From a bacterium (lineage in GTDB: Bacteria; Patescibacteriota; Minisyncoccia; Phycocordibacterales; UBA9973): a DNA stretch of 64,000 bases. A program made the translations under genes and the position numbers. The first letter of the stretch is position 1, and every line of letters begins with the position of its first letter. Shown here one piece after another: positions 37,577 to 46,982 of the stretch. The stretch covers positions 130,101 to 194,100 of the forward strand of contig JAIXRY010000006.1 in the NCBI GenBank assembly GCA_027484965.1. Reading direction: 5' to 3'. The notes below the pieces were generated by a model. It was not told where the DNA came from and did not search any database. It worked only from the letters and a program-made list of their open reading frames with translations.

Positions 37577-39370
37577 ATGGACAAAAACAATTTTGACGCA
37601 GAAAAATTAAATTATATTATCTACTGTCGTAAATCAAGTGATACAGAGGATAAACAAGTTCAATCACTTGAGACTCAACATAGAGAATTAACAGATTATG
37701 CATTACGCAATAATCTTAATGTTGTAAAAATTATTCAAGAAAGTAAAAGTGCTTTCACTGTTGGTAGACAAGGTTTTGAAGAAATGCTTAAACTTATAAA
37801 GAGTAAAAAAGCAAATGCAATTTTAGTTGTTCGAGCAAATCGTATTTCAAGAAATGTTATGGATTCTGCATATATTATTTCTCTTATGGATGAGAAAATG
37901 TTGATGTATGTTAGAACTCCTTCATCTTCATGTTATACCTGTTTCGGTAACGATAGATTTATGCTTGGTCTAGAATTTATTATTTCCAAGAAAGATAGTG
38001 ATGATAAAGGTGAAGCTGTAAAAGAAGGACAAAAAACAAAAGCGTTAAAAGGAACCCCTCACGGATTAGCTTCTTTAGGCTTTCTTAATGATCGATCAGA
38101 AGAAAAAGGAAATAGAAAATGGTTAGTAGATCCAGAGAGACTATGGAAAATAGAGAAGCTTTTAAAAATGTTCCTGACTGGTACATACTCTGCTGGTAAA
38201 CTACATAGATACGCGATAAATGAGCTCAAATTAACCACTGTTAGTAGAAAAAGAAGTGGTGGTGCTCTAATAGTAAGTTCCCGTATTTATGAAATTTTAA
38301 AAGATCCTATCTATGCAGGATTCTTTGTTTATGGAGAAAAAAGATACGAATTAGATAAAAATTTACCTAGACTTATAACAGAATCTGAACACAATAAAAT
38401 TAAACAATTACTCTCTAGAAATAACATTCCTAAATCACAACACCATGAAGCTACATATTCTGGATTTATACAGTCTGCTGAAGGAAACTTTATGGGGCCT
38501 GATACTAAGTTTCAAGTAATATGTGATTGTAAGAAAAAGTTTGCATACAGAAATAAAAATCACTGTCCTCAATGTGGAATTAACATTGATCAAATGGAGA
38601 GTCCTAAATACTTGGATTACACTCACTACTACAATGTTAAGAGAAAGAAGGCTTCTCTACCATATAAGTCTATTTCAGAAAAAGATATTCTAAAAGAAAT
38701 GGTTGAATATATTGACCAAAATTTACAGTTTTCCAACGATCTCTTGGAGTGGTCTAAAAAAAATATACACGAAATGAAAGACAAAGAAGTGAGCGAAAAA
38801 GTTTTAATATCAAAAGACAGAGAGAACAGAAAAGAAGAATATGAATTAAAGAAATCTAAATTGAGAGGGTTACTTCGTGATGATAAAATTATAGAAGACG
38901 ATTATAAAATTGATCTAGCACTATTGAATAAAGAATATGCTGATATAAACATAGATGCGCAGAGTGTCGATTGGTATCAAGAGATGATGGATATCACTGA
39001 TTTAACTCAAGGTGTTATAGAAGTATTACAAAACGGCTCCTTTCAAGCAAAAAGAGATATACTTTCAAAGCTTGGTTCGAACCTAGTATGGAACGACGAA
39101 AAACTTAGTATTTACAACAGAAAATCAATAGAAGTACTTGTGAAAGGGATAAAAGGTATTAAGTCAGAATTTCCAAAGTTCGAACCTAAATTAAGCTTTG
39201 CAGAACAAGGCTTAAATGAAAAAACTAGCGAGTTTTCGCCAGTTTTTTCTACAATGCTCCATCTAGTGGACAAGTTCAGAACTGCTAATTGGACTGGTAT
39301 TAAAAGTGATTTACAGTTTAGTGGTGTTTTAGAGCTGTTAACTTCAGAATCAATAGATTGCTTACTTTAG
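37577..39370 (+). CDS. large serine recombinase (resolvase catalytic domain + recombinase domain + zinc ribbon)
   Basis: YIIYCRKSSDTEDKQVQSLETQ catalytic-Ser motif; CDCKKKF...HCPQCG zinc ribbon; 597 aa. Confidence 0.8.
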   Translation: MDKNNFDAEKLNYIIYCRKSSDTEDKQVQSLETQHRELTDYALRNNLNVVKIIQESKSAFTVGRQGFEEMLKLIKSKKANAILVVRANRISRNVMDSAYIISLMDEKMLMYVRTPSSSCYTCFGNDRFMLGLEFIISKKDSDDKGEAVKEGQKTKALKGTPHGLASLGFLNDRSEEKGNRKWLVDPERLWKIEKLLKMFLTGTYSAGKLHRYAINELKLTTVSRKRSGGALIVSSRIYEILKDPIYAGFFVYGEKRYELDKNLPRLITESEHNKIKQLLSRNNIPKSQHHEATYSGFIQSAEGNFMGPDTKFQVICDCKKKFAYRNKNHCPQCGINIDQMESPKYLDYTHYYNVKRKKASLPYKSISEKDILKEMVEYIDQNLQFSNDLLEWSKKNIHEMKDKEVSEKVLISKDRENRKEEYELKKSKLRGLLRDDKIIEDDYKIDLALLNKEYADINIDAQSVDWYQEMMDITDLTQGVIEVLQNGSFQAKRDILSKLGSNLVWNDEKLSIYNRKSIEVLVKGIKGIKSEFPKFEPKLSFAEQGLNEKTSEFSPVFSTMLHLVDKFRTANWTGIKSDLQFSGVLELLTSESIDCLL

Positions 39371-40015
39371 CAAGCAATTTTTATAACGACATTTATGAGT
39401 AATCATTAAACCACTATCTTCAATCTTTCTAGCACCTAGAGCTTCTGCTTTAAAAATATTTTCGGTTATACCACCAGAAAAATGCATACCTACTCCATCA
39501 ATACTTAATATAGCTTTCAGTGTCCAGAACAACTTTGCTGTTTTTAGACGAACCCTATTACATATACAAGGATTCAGTATATAAGCATAACTAAATTGCT
39601 GTGTGGGATACCAATCTCCCAATTGTGAATTATAATTTGTTTCGTGATGAGCAACCACTTTGTTTCTATGCAATATAATTATTTCTGCATCTTTTCTTAG
39701 TTTATCAAGTTGTAATTCCATCTTCCTTCTTTTTTCCTTGTCTTTAATTTTTACTATAAGAGAGTGTAATGTATTTCCATTACGGTCTTTATCTAGTATG
39801 TGATAGAAGGTTATAAGAGTGTCTCTTGAAAACCTATCAATTTGCTCTATATAAAATCTTTCCGATATGTCTCGTATCTTAGTGTTTTTTCTAATAAAAA
39901 CTATATGCTCTATGTTATCTTCAATTCTATTCAGACATTGAAAAATATGATCAGTGATTTGACGTAAAACTATTGGACTATTTTGTCCTTCTTTGGTAGG
40001 AGTTATTAAGGGCAT
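39362..40015 (-). CDS. HEPN-like (Abi_2/AbiD-F-type) protein, putative
   Basis: RNKVVAHH fits the HEPN Rx4-6H motif; operon-terminal gene. Confidence 0.35.
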   Translation of the reverse strand: MPLITPTKEGQNSPIVLRQITDHIFQCLNRIEDNIEHIVFIRKNTKIRDISERFYIEQIDRFSRDTLITFYHILDKDRNGNTLHSLIVKIKDKEKRRKMELQLDKLRKDAEIIILHRNKVVAHHETNYNSQLGDWYPTQQFSYAYILNPCICNRVRLKTAKLFWTLKAILSIDGVGMHFSGGITENIFKAEALGARKIEDSGLMITHKCRYKNCLLK

Positions 40016-40809
40016 AGTTTTATCAGTTCATTTATGTACTTAGAGAAACTTTTATAAAAATTGTCTGCAGAAGTATAGTATTTCTCAAAATACTCTTTCG
40101 TATCAGAAGAAGGGATATTATCAACAAAGTTCAAATTGCGATAGTTCATTCTTAAACGCATTAAGTGGAAGAAATCAAAAATTGAAACACTAATTTTTTT
40201 CTTAAAACCATCAATTCTAATTTTGTCCTTATGTCTTTTGCCTGACAGACCATTTACTATTTTGTAGTTATCAATTTTACCATTAGCAACCTTTTTCATA
40301 ATGAGCTGGTAAACAATATCATCTGACGCACCTCTTCTAAGGTGTTCCCCTGATTGAGAGGTAAAAGCTAAAATCTTTTCATCAAAGACAGAGTTCAGTA
40401 AGGGTTTATTAAATTGCAGATCTGAACCGCCAAGCATTTTAGTAAAAATATCAATACAGTCGTGATGTCCAGCCGTAAGGGAGGATAATTTTCCTGTTAT
40501 GAGACAATCTGTTATACAGAGCAGATGATATAGGAGATAGTAGGTTTTTATCGGTAACCACAGCACTGACGCAGAGGAGTAATCCTTATCAAAAGATACA
40601 ATTTGATACTCTTGGTCAATTGATGCTTTCGTTAGTTTTACAAGCTGTATTTTATCTTTGAGCTTCACAACGTCAGCTGAAGAGAGTTTTGGGGTAATAG
40701 TAGAAATGATTTTCAGATTATCAGAAAGTTCCGCAATAAGGGTTGCGTATTTTAGGTGTGTTTCAAAATCTAATCGGTCACTCGGTGTACGGCGAAATAG
40801 GAAATCCAT
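40006..40809 (-). CDS. hypothetical protein (267 aa)
   Basis: Overlaps downstream gene by 10 nt. Confidence 0.45.
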   Translation of the reverse strand: MDFLFRRTPSDRLDFETHLKYATLIAELSDNLKIISTITPKLSSADVVKLKDKIQLVKLTKASIDQEYQIVSFDKDYSSASVLWLPIKTYYLLYHLLCITDCLITGKLSSLTAGHHDCIDIFTKMLGGSDLQFNKPLLNSVFDEKILAFTSQSGEHLRRGASDDIVYQLIMKKVANGKIDNYKIVNGLSGKRHKDKIRIDGFKKKISVSIFDFFHLMRLRMNYRNLNFVDNIPSSDTKEYFEKYYTSADNFYKSFSKYINELIKLCP

Positions 40810-40906
40810 AACTTAAATTATATTCCAATATAAAGCAAAGTAAAGAAAAACAATAGTTTTGATAACAGTACGAGGGAGTTTTGTCATCATTACGTGTACT
40901 TAAACA

Positions 40907-41353
40907 CTAAAATGATAGCTTATGTAATATTTTAGTCCAAAGACTGACAGATAACTCATTTTTTCTAGAATAAATCTCAAGAAAAATAGAATGAATGTAC
41001 TCCTTACGGTAAATAGATTCTTTATCCCATTCTATTGAATCTAGGTATTTTTTTATAAATACTTCAACGGTATCTGTTTTATTTTTATCTAACGCATCAA
41101 ATATATGGAAAACAACCTCTTGAATATATTCTGTAAATGAGCCAGTATACCAAGCATCTGGTAAATATCTACCACAATTTAACTTGTTTATTCTAAGACT
41201 TATAATCAACTCATCAATAAAACCAAGATACTCTTGTGATATATTGTCAGATATTTTTTTACAATTAGGACAAGGTATATCTACCTTATATGGAACATAT
41301 AAGGCATTACAGTTTGGGCAATTATATTCTTTTAATCTGATATGGTGTGACAT
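40907..41353 (-). CDS. zinc-ribbon protein (CPNC...CPNC)
   Basis: Two CxxC pairs in first 32 aa. Confidence 0.45.
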   Translation of the reverse strand: MSHHIRLKEYNCPNCNALYVPYKVDIPCPNCKKISDNISQEYLGFIDELIISLRINKLNCGRYLPDAWYTGSFTEYIQEVVFHIFDALDKNKTDTVEVFIKKYLDSIEWDKESIYRKEYIHSIFLEIYSRKNELSVSLWTKILHKLSF

Positions 41354-41569
41354 TATTCCATTATACTAAGCAAATTATTCTAAAGATAATTATATGTTAA
41401 TTTTATTACCTTTTAACATATTTATCTAATTCACTTTTAATTATATTTCTTAAAAATCCTTTTAAATAATTAAGTCTTCTGACAATAATTTCATCAGAAG
41501 ATATATTGTCTTTCATTAAAACACGATACTCTTTTATAGTCATAATATTATTCCCAATTGAGTTATTCT

Positions 41570-43009
41570 TTAATATCTATCATTTTGATCTTTAATATAT
41601 TTTTTTTGTTTTATGTATTCGATCAAAAGATCACAGAATAAAGATTCCTCATTGCCTTCTGCTACAGTAATAAAATCTGAACCTGTTATATCTTGACTTA
41701 TTGCATATTTATTCCAAGTTATAATAGGATTTGATTCACTAGGCATTTGTACACCAAAAGACTTTAGCATTGTAACTATATATTTACCATAAGGCATTCG
41801 TTTGCCTGTTTTTAATTTAGATTTTTTTATAATTTCTAATTTTTCTAAAAAAACATTAGTATTTGAAAAACTGTGTATAGCTATTTTTATCGCAATGTTA
41901 AATATTTTTTGAAAATTATCAGCAAAATGATCTTCATAATAACTACCTTTTTTTAATTCAGTTAATTGATACCTAGTTGCTTTTAATAATGATCTTAAAT
42001 TTACGATCTCATAGTTAACTGATTGTGAAAATATATACCAAAGAAAAAGCTTGATGTATCCACTATCTGCAATTGCTGGGGATAAATTAGGCTCCTCATT
42101 TTTTATATTCCTAGATATCTCTTCAACCATACTTAATACTGCTTTTTTATTGTCAAAATAAAATGGACTTATAGTAAAAAATTTATCCATATAACCCGAG
42201 AAATCAGTATTGGATCCGTATCTATGATGAAAAAAATGTTTTAAATTTGTATAATCTCCAACTATAATTATTAAATCAAAGCCGAATTTGTTTTCGTGTT
42301 CTTTTTCAAAATAAGAAGATAATATATTTAATATTCTAAATACGTGTTCTGGGTCTAATCTATCTAAATCATCTAAAATTAAGATACTTTTTTTATCTTG
42401 TTTTTCTAGTTTAATTTTTTCCCGTAATAAATGACTAAAAAAATCCGTCTCAGAGATATTTTTCTTTTTTACCTCTTTAATATATTCTTCAACTAAAGCT
42501 TTTTCTCCACCGATATAATCTTCCTTAAACTTTTGAAATTTTTTATCTAATTCAAGTAAATCTTTTAAAGATTTGCCTAATTTTCCAACAAAACCAGATA
42601 TTGGATTTGGAATCATACCAGAAAAAGATTCGCCTAAAGATAGTGATTGTTGAAGTGCAGAATTTAATGAAATATTATCTTTAGCCCAAGAATAAAAAAG
42701 GAGGGATGATTCTTCAATTCCATTGACTTCATTCGTTGTAAAAATATTATTATTCTTTTTCATAAGTTCAACAAGAATATCGTATTTAATCAATTCCAAA
42801 ATATCTTCATTACTACTAATCTGATAGTTGATTGGGTACAAGTGAAAAACTTCATAATTATTTTTTTTCAATTCAAAAAATTCATTTAAAAAATATGTTT
42901 TACCCACACCAAATTGACCAGAAAAAAATATTCTGGAATTTTCTTCCATATTTAAAAAGGATTCAAAATCACCCAATACACTATCAATCGGTATCTTAAT
43001 ATTTGACAT
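41570..43009 (-). CDS. KAP-family P-loop NTPase
   Basis: Walker A SGQFGVGKTYFLNEF and hallmark Walker B ILILDDLDRLDPEHVF. Confidence 0.7.
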   Translation of the reverse strand: MSNIKIPIDSVLGDFESFLNMEENSRIFFSGQFGVGKTYFLNEFFELKKNNYEVFHLYPINYQISSNEDILELIKYDILVELMKKNNNIFTTNEVNGIEESSLLFYSWAKDNISLNSALQQSLSLGESFSGMIPNPISGFVGKLGKSLKDLLELDKKFQKFKEDYIGGEKALVEEYIKEVKKKNISETDFFSHLLREKIKLEKQDKKSILILDDLDRLDPEHVFRILNILSSYFEKEHENKFGFDLIIIVGDYTNLKHFFHHRYGSNTDFSGYMDKFFTISPFYFDNKKAVLSMVEEISRNIKNEEPNLSPAIADSGYIKLFLWYIFSQSVNYEIVNLRSLLKATRYQLTELKKGSYYEDHFADNFQKIFNIAIKIAIHSFSNTNVFLEKLEIIKKSKLKTGKRMPYGKYIVTMLKSFGVQMPSESNPIITWNKYAISQDITGSDFITVAEGNEESLFCDLLIEYIKQKKYIKDQNDRY

Positions 43010-43029
43010 AATTACAATAATATCATTTT

Positions 43030-43255
43030 AAAAAACTTAAGTTAAGAACAATTTATGATATAATGATTACACAACTCAATAAGAGACCTACCCCTTAGAG
43101 AATCTCTAAGGCACGGTCGCAAGATAGTCCAACCAAGACAAAAACCCCATCATATAGGGCTGTCTTGGTTGGCTACATCGGGAAACTGGTGTAAAGAGCG
43201 CAAGCTCTTACCCTTGTGGTGGGATTTTTGTCGCCCAAATACACAAAGGATTATA
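43030..43255 (-). ncRNA. candidate structured 5' leader/cis-regulatory RNA, copy B (inverted relative to copy A)
   Basis: Stem ccaaccaagaca/tgtcttggttgg with conserved loop gccctatatgatggggttt; ends ~20 nt before start 43009. Confidence 0.55.
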
Positions 43256-43273
43256 ACCCAACCAAGCAATCCT

Positions 43274-44377
43274 ATGAAAAATAAAATTAACATTGTTTTT
43301 GTATTTTTACTCCTAATAATTTTAATACCTCAAGTAACATATGCTTCGTGGTGGAATCCATTAACGTGGAAAATATTTAAAAAAACACCACAACAGCAAT
43401 CTATTCAAATCACTACTCCTAATTCTTCTACAAAAGATGATGAATTAACTACAGAAAATTCAGAATGGAGCTTTTCTAAAAATACTAATAAATCAAAATC
43501 TATTGAATTTTTAGAAACATTAAAAAAAGAAAAAAATACCAGTGACGTAAAAAGTAAAAAAGACACTTTTACTCAAAGCGATATAGATCAGTATAAATCA
43601 AAGGCAACTGAAATAATCGAACTCATTCAAAAAGATAAAACGGATTTTGAAAATCTTAAAAAGATAATGGTGGAGCATAAGCAAAAAACCACTGATACAG
43701 CTAATGACCTTTTTAAGAAGTATAGTGATCTCTATGATTCTGCTTCGTTATCAAGAAGCAATACAGATAAAGACTATTTAATGGCTGGTAAAAAATATGT
43801 TTCATCTAGTCTTGACGAGGTGCTTAAGAAAATTGAAAAATATAATTCTCTGATTGATTTTTATACTTTCAATTCTGTTCAAAATAAAGATGTCAGTGAA
43901 GTTATTGAATCTAATATAAATATACTTAAAAAATGTACAGGAATGTCTCTTGAGCAGTGGTCAAAAGATTCCGATTGCACTATGCAGTCTTTAGAGTTTG
44001 CTACAGAAGATCACACCTCCAATCAGAAGACACTGAGCGATGCACAAAAATCACTTAAAGAAATTGATACTCTTTCGCTTAATCTCATTAAGAGCAAACT
44101 AGATTCCATTGATGACGACTTAACTTCAAGAAAAGAGAGTTTATCTTTGTCAGACCAAATACAAGCACGAGGCAGTAACTTTACTATTCCACCATATCAA
44201 GCTCCTGTTACAGCACCAAAATTAACCTGCACAACAACAGCTACTGGGGGTATTTTTAATAAAGAATATAAAACAACTTGTTTACCAGAGACACCTAGAA
44301 CACCAGAACAAATATGTGCTAGTAAAAAAGCACACGCTGCTGCAATAGGATCATACACTAAGGTGATTTGTGATTAA
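43274..44377 (+). CDS. secreted hypothetical protein
   Basis: Start moved to MKNKINIVFVFLLLIILIPQVTYA (signal peptide) because upstream extension overlaps the conserved leader element. Confidence 0.5.
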   Translation: MKNKINIVFVFLLLIILIPQVTYASWWNPLTWKIFKKTPQQQSIQITTPNSSTKDDELTTENSEWSFSKNTNKSKSIEFLETLKKEKNTSDVKSKKDTFTQSDIDQYKSKATEIIELIQKDKTDFENLKKIMVEHKQKTTDTANDLFKKYSDLYDSASLSRSNTDKDYLMAGKKYVSSSLDEVLKKIEKYNSLIDFYTFNSVQNKDVSEVIESNINILKKCTGMSLEQWSKDSDCTMQSLEFATEDHTSNQKTLSDAQKSLKEIDTLSLNLIKSKLDSIDDDLTSRKESLSLSDQIQARGSNFTIPPYQAPVTAPKLTCTTTATGGIFNKEYKTTCLPETPRTPEQICASKKAHAAAIGSYTKVICD

Positions 44378-44384
44378 GTAAATT

Positions 44385-44672
44385 ATGTATATGAAAACGC
44401 AGAAAGAAAAAATTAAGAATATATTCAAATTTCTGTTTTATTTTCTAATTTTTCCAGTAATACCTATTGGTTTAATGTATCTAATTAGATCTAATATTGG
44501 ATGGTATTCAAATGATGGAGAATATAATTTATTAAACGACAAAATAATATTGGCTGGATATTTTCTGTTTGTATGGCTGTCTTGGTTTTATTGGGAGGAA
44601 AGAAAAAAAGTAAAAATATTAAAGAATGTATTAGAAATACATAACATAAATTACAGTATGTTTATTGATTAA
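44385..44672 (+). CDS. small membrane protein (95 aa)
   Basis: ORF. Confidence 0.4.
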   Translation: MYMKTQKEKIKNIFKFLFYFLIFPVIPIGLMYLIRSNIGWYSNDGEYNLLNDKIILAGYFLFVWLSWFYWEERKKVKILKNVLEIHNINYSMFID

Positions 44673-44677
44673 ATATT

Positions 44678-44869
44678 ATGAAATACGAACCAATAAAAAT
44701 ACTAGATACTGAGATAAACAAGGAACACTTCCCAATACTTTATGATTGGGCTTTAAAAGATAAGGAGGGTTTAGAACAAAGAATTCTATCTGACCTACAA
44801 CCAAATGAGAAACCCATAACTCTTTTGGTAATGCTTGAGATGGACTTAGAAGAACAACAATTAAAATAA
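44678..44869 (+). CDS. hypothetical small protein (63 aa)
   Basis: ORF. Confidence 0.3.
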   Translation: MKYEPIKILDTEINKEHFPILYDWALKDKEGLEQRILSDLQPNEKPITLLVMLEMDLEEQQLK

Positions 44870-44870
44870 T

Positions 44871-45188
44871 ATGGCTTCAGTATCTAAATTAAAATGTAAT
44901 AATAGCGAATGCTCGTTCCAGACAGTAAGGGAGAGTAACTTTCCTATTTGGAAGTCAGATAGTCCTAAGGTAATGCGTAAATTGCCTGTTGGAATAAGAT
45001 TTAAAGCGTTTGTGGCTGGATATATAACAAGACAGTATTGCGTTGAGTGTAAAGCATTACAGCCCTTTTTAAAGGGTTCTGATATGTGTTTAATGTGCAA
45101 GAAAGAAGGGCTTTTTCTACAGGAAGGAAGCACTTGCCCATCTTGTAATACTGGAGTAATTGAATCAATGAATGATTTGTGGTTCTAA
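44871..45188 (+). CDS. Cys-rich zinc-ribbon-like protein (105 aa)
   Basis: CNNSEC, CVEC, CLMC, CPSC pairs. Confidence 0.4.
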   Translation: MASVSKLKCNNSECSFQTVRESNFPIWKSDSPKVMRKLPVGIRFKAFVAGYITRQYCVECKALQPFLKGSDMCLMCKKEGLFLQEGSTCPSCNTGVIESMNDLWF

Positions 45189-45253
45189 TTTGGTGAATCT
45201 AACTATAAAAGCTTAATTTATATAGCTTTATTGAAATATGTCAGTTAATAAAT

Positions 45254-45327
45254 AAGGTTGGAAAATGGTGGATATACAGATAATTTTATGGGGGCAAAAG
45301 GGTGGTATTGAGGTTGGTAAAAGGTGG
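45254..45327. promoter_or_regulatory. two direct repeats AGGTTGGwAAAAkGGTGG (iteron/operator-like)
   Basis: 45254-45271 and 45310-45327. Confidence 0.35.
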
Positions 45328-45408
45328 CACTAATTGTAATATTGAACCTGCTTTATTTGTGGTCCCCTAAACATTGATATGTAATGTAAACTACTATAAA
45401 GTGTAGTT

Positions 45409-46482
45409 ATGGACGCCAAGAAACTTATCTCAAAAATAGAAGTGGTTTATGATTTACTCCAAAAACTACCACTGGATCTAGATTTTTATGAAAAATATCA
45501 CGAGTATAAACTTCTTGCTATTGAAATTGAAAATCTAACTAAAATTGATAAAAAGACTTCTACAGACGGTAAAGATAACTCATTTGAGTCTTTTATGGTT
45601 AATAGCCTGTACGGATATGTGCATTTTAAGTTATTTCCCTTACTTAATTTTATCGAAGAAAAAAAGGATATACTCTTTATAGAATTTCCTGATGAGAACC
45701 TATTTAAGGAAATAAAATATAATTTTCTAAAATTAGGGAAAATGGAAGGTGATGAAAGGTATGGCTACTGGCTTGCAAAAACAGAGAATAATTTCAACGA
45801 TTTTTTGGATAGTATCAAGACAACAAAAAAAGGTAATGATTTTTTTATTAAGACAAATATAATGAATGCTATCCAAGAAATAGATACTTTATATAAACAC
45901 AGAGAGAAAGATAAGAAGATCAAAAAATCATATATAGAAAGAATTGATGATAATGATACCTATGGATTAGTTAAGCAAATTAAAGAATTAGAACCAGATA
46001 AAAAACCTAAGTTTACGATTTCTCTAAGGAACAAGGGAGAGACTGATTATATTGGTCTTTATGATAGAAATAACCTCACAAAAGAAGAGATTCTAGAACC
46101 AGTATTATTGTTTCAGGGTCTCGTAAGTACTAACTTTAAAAACGGAGAACAAATTTTTGACGAAGAAAATATTATTTATTTTAATAATGAAACTTCAAAA
46201 ATTATATGCAATGGAAAAGAAATTAAAATAATGAAAGGTAAAGATATTTATTACACAATTAAGTATTTATTTGAACGAGAAGACATCTATGAGGAATGTT
46301 TTTACGATGAAATTAGAGACAATTCTAAATTAGATAGCAATAAAAAAAGAACAGATAAAAATATGTACGATGCTTTAATTCAATTTAATGGAAGACTTAT
46401 AGATAAAGGTATTGATGATATATTCATTATCAATTTTCGCTCAATAACCATAAGAAATAAATATAAAATAGTTACACTATAA
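45409..46482 (+). CDS. hypothetical protein (357 aa)
   Basis: ORF. Confidence 0.45.
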   Translation: MDAKKLISKIEVVYDLLQKLPLDLDFYEKYHEYKLLAIEIENLTKIDKKTSTDGKDNSFESFMVNSLYGYVHFKLFPLLNFIEEKKDILFIEFPDENLFKEIKYNFLKLGKMEGDERYGYWLAKTENNFNDFLDSIKTTKKGNDFFIKTNIMNAIQEIDTLYKHREKDKKIKKSYIERIDDNDTYGLVKQIKELEPDKKPKFTISLRNKGETDYIGLYDRNNLTKEEILEPVLLFQGLVSTNFKNGEQIFDEENIIYFNNETSKIICNGKEIKIMKGKDIYYTIKYLFEREDIYEECFYDEIRDNSKLDSNKKRTDKNMYDALIQFNGRLIDKGIDDIFIINFRSITIRNKYKIVTL

Positions 46483-46706
46483 AACACTATAAGTAAAACA
46501 AAGTAAACAATAAATTATCCTGAAGTTAATCCTTCGGGATTTTTTATGCAGGAAATTGTCTCACTACAAGAAACTAAAAAGAGTTTCAAAATAGACGAAC
46601 TACCTCTTGAAGACAAGCAAAGGCTGGTCGGTGCTTTTGTATGGCTCATAGAGGAAGACAAGAAACAAAATCCTGCACTTTATAAGAAAATTAAAACAGT
46701 AAAAAA

Positions 46707-46982
46707 ATGAAAAAATATTTAAAATTTATTGAAGAAAATAGTATTGAAGATAATGAAATACTACTCTACCCCATAACATCAGAAGACGTGAACTTGCAGA
46801 CAAAAAAAATATTAGATGAAAAATATCTATTTAGAATCTACATAGCATTGTCTTCTATGGAAGAGTTTAGAGAAAGAATAAATAACATTATTGATGAAGC
46901 TATCAAAATTGCCCTAAATGACAAAGAGCCTCATTGGGTAGAGATTGATGATGTATATAAGAATTATCAAATCGATGATTGA
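46707..46982 (+). CDS. hypothetical protein (91 aa)
   Basis: ORF. Confidence 0.35.
   Translation: MKKYLKFIEENSIEDNEILLYPITSEDVNLQTKKILDEKYLFRIYIALSSMEEFRERINNIIDEAIKIALNDKEPHWVEIDDVYKNYQIDD

Noticed and set aside
35415-43255. Whole 7.8-kb unit as a classical IS/transposon with terminal inverted repeats
   Set aside because: The inverted copies are ~200 nt and diverged with compensatory stem changes (RNA-like selection), which is atypical for transposon TIRs. Inversion or regulatory-leader explanations fit better; retained as an alternative in the findings.
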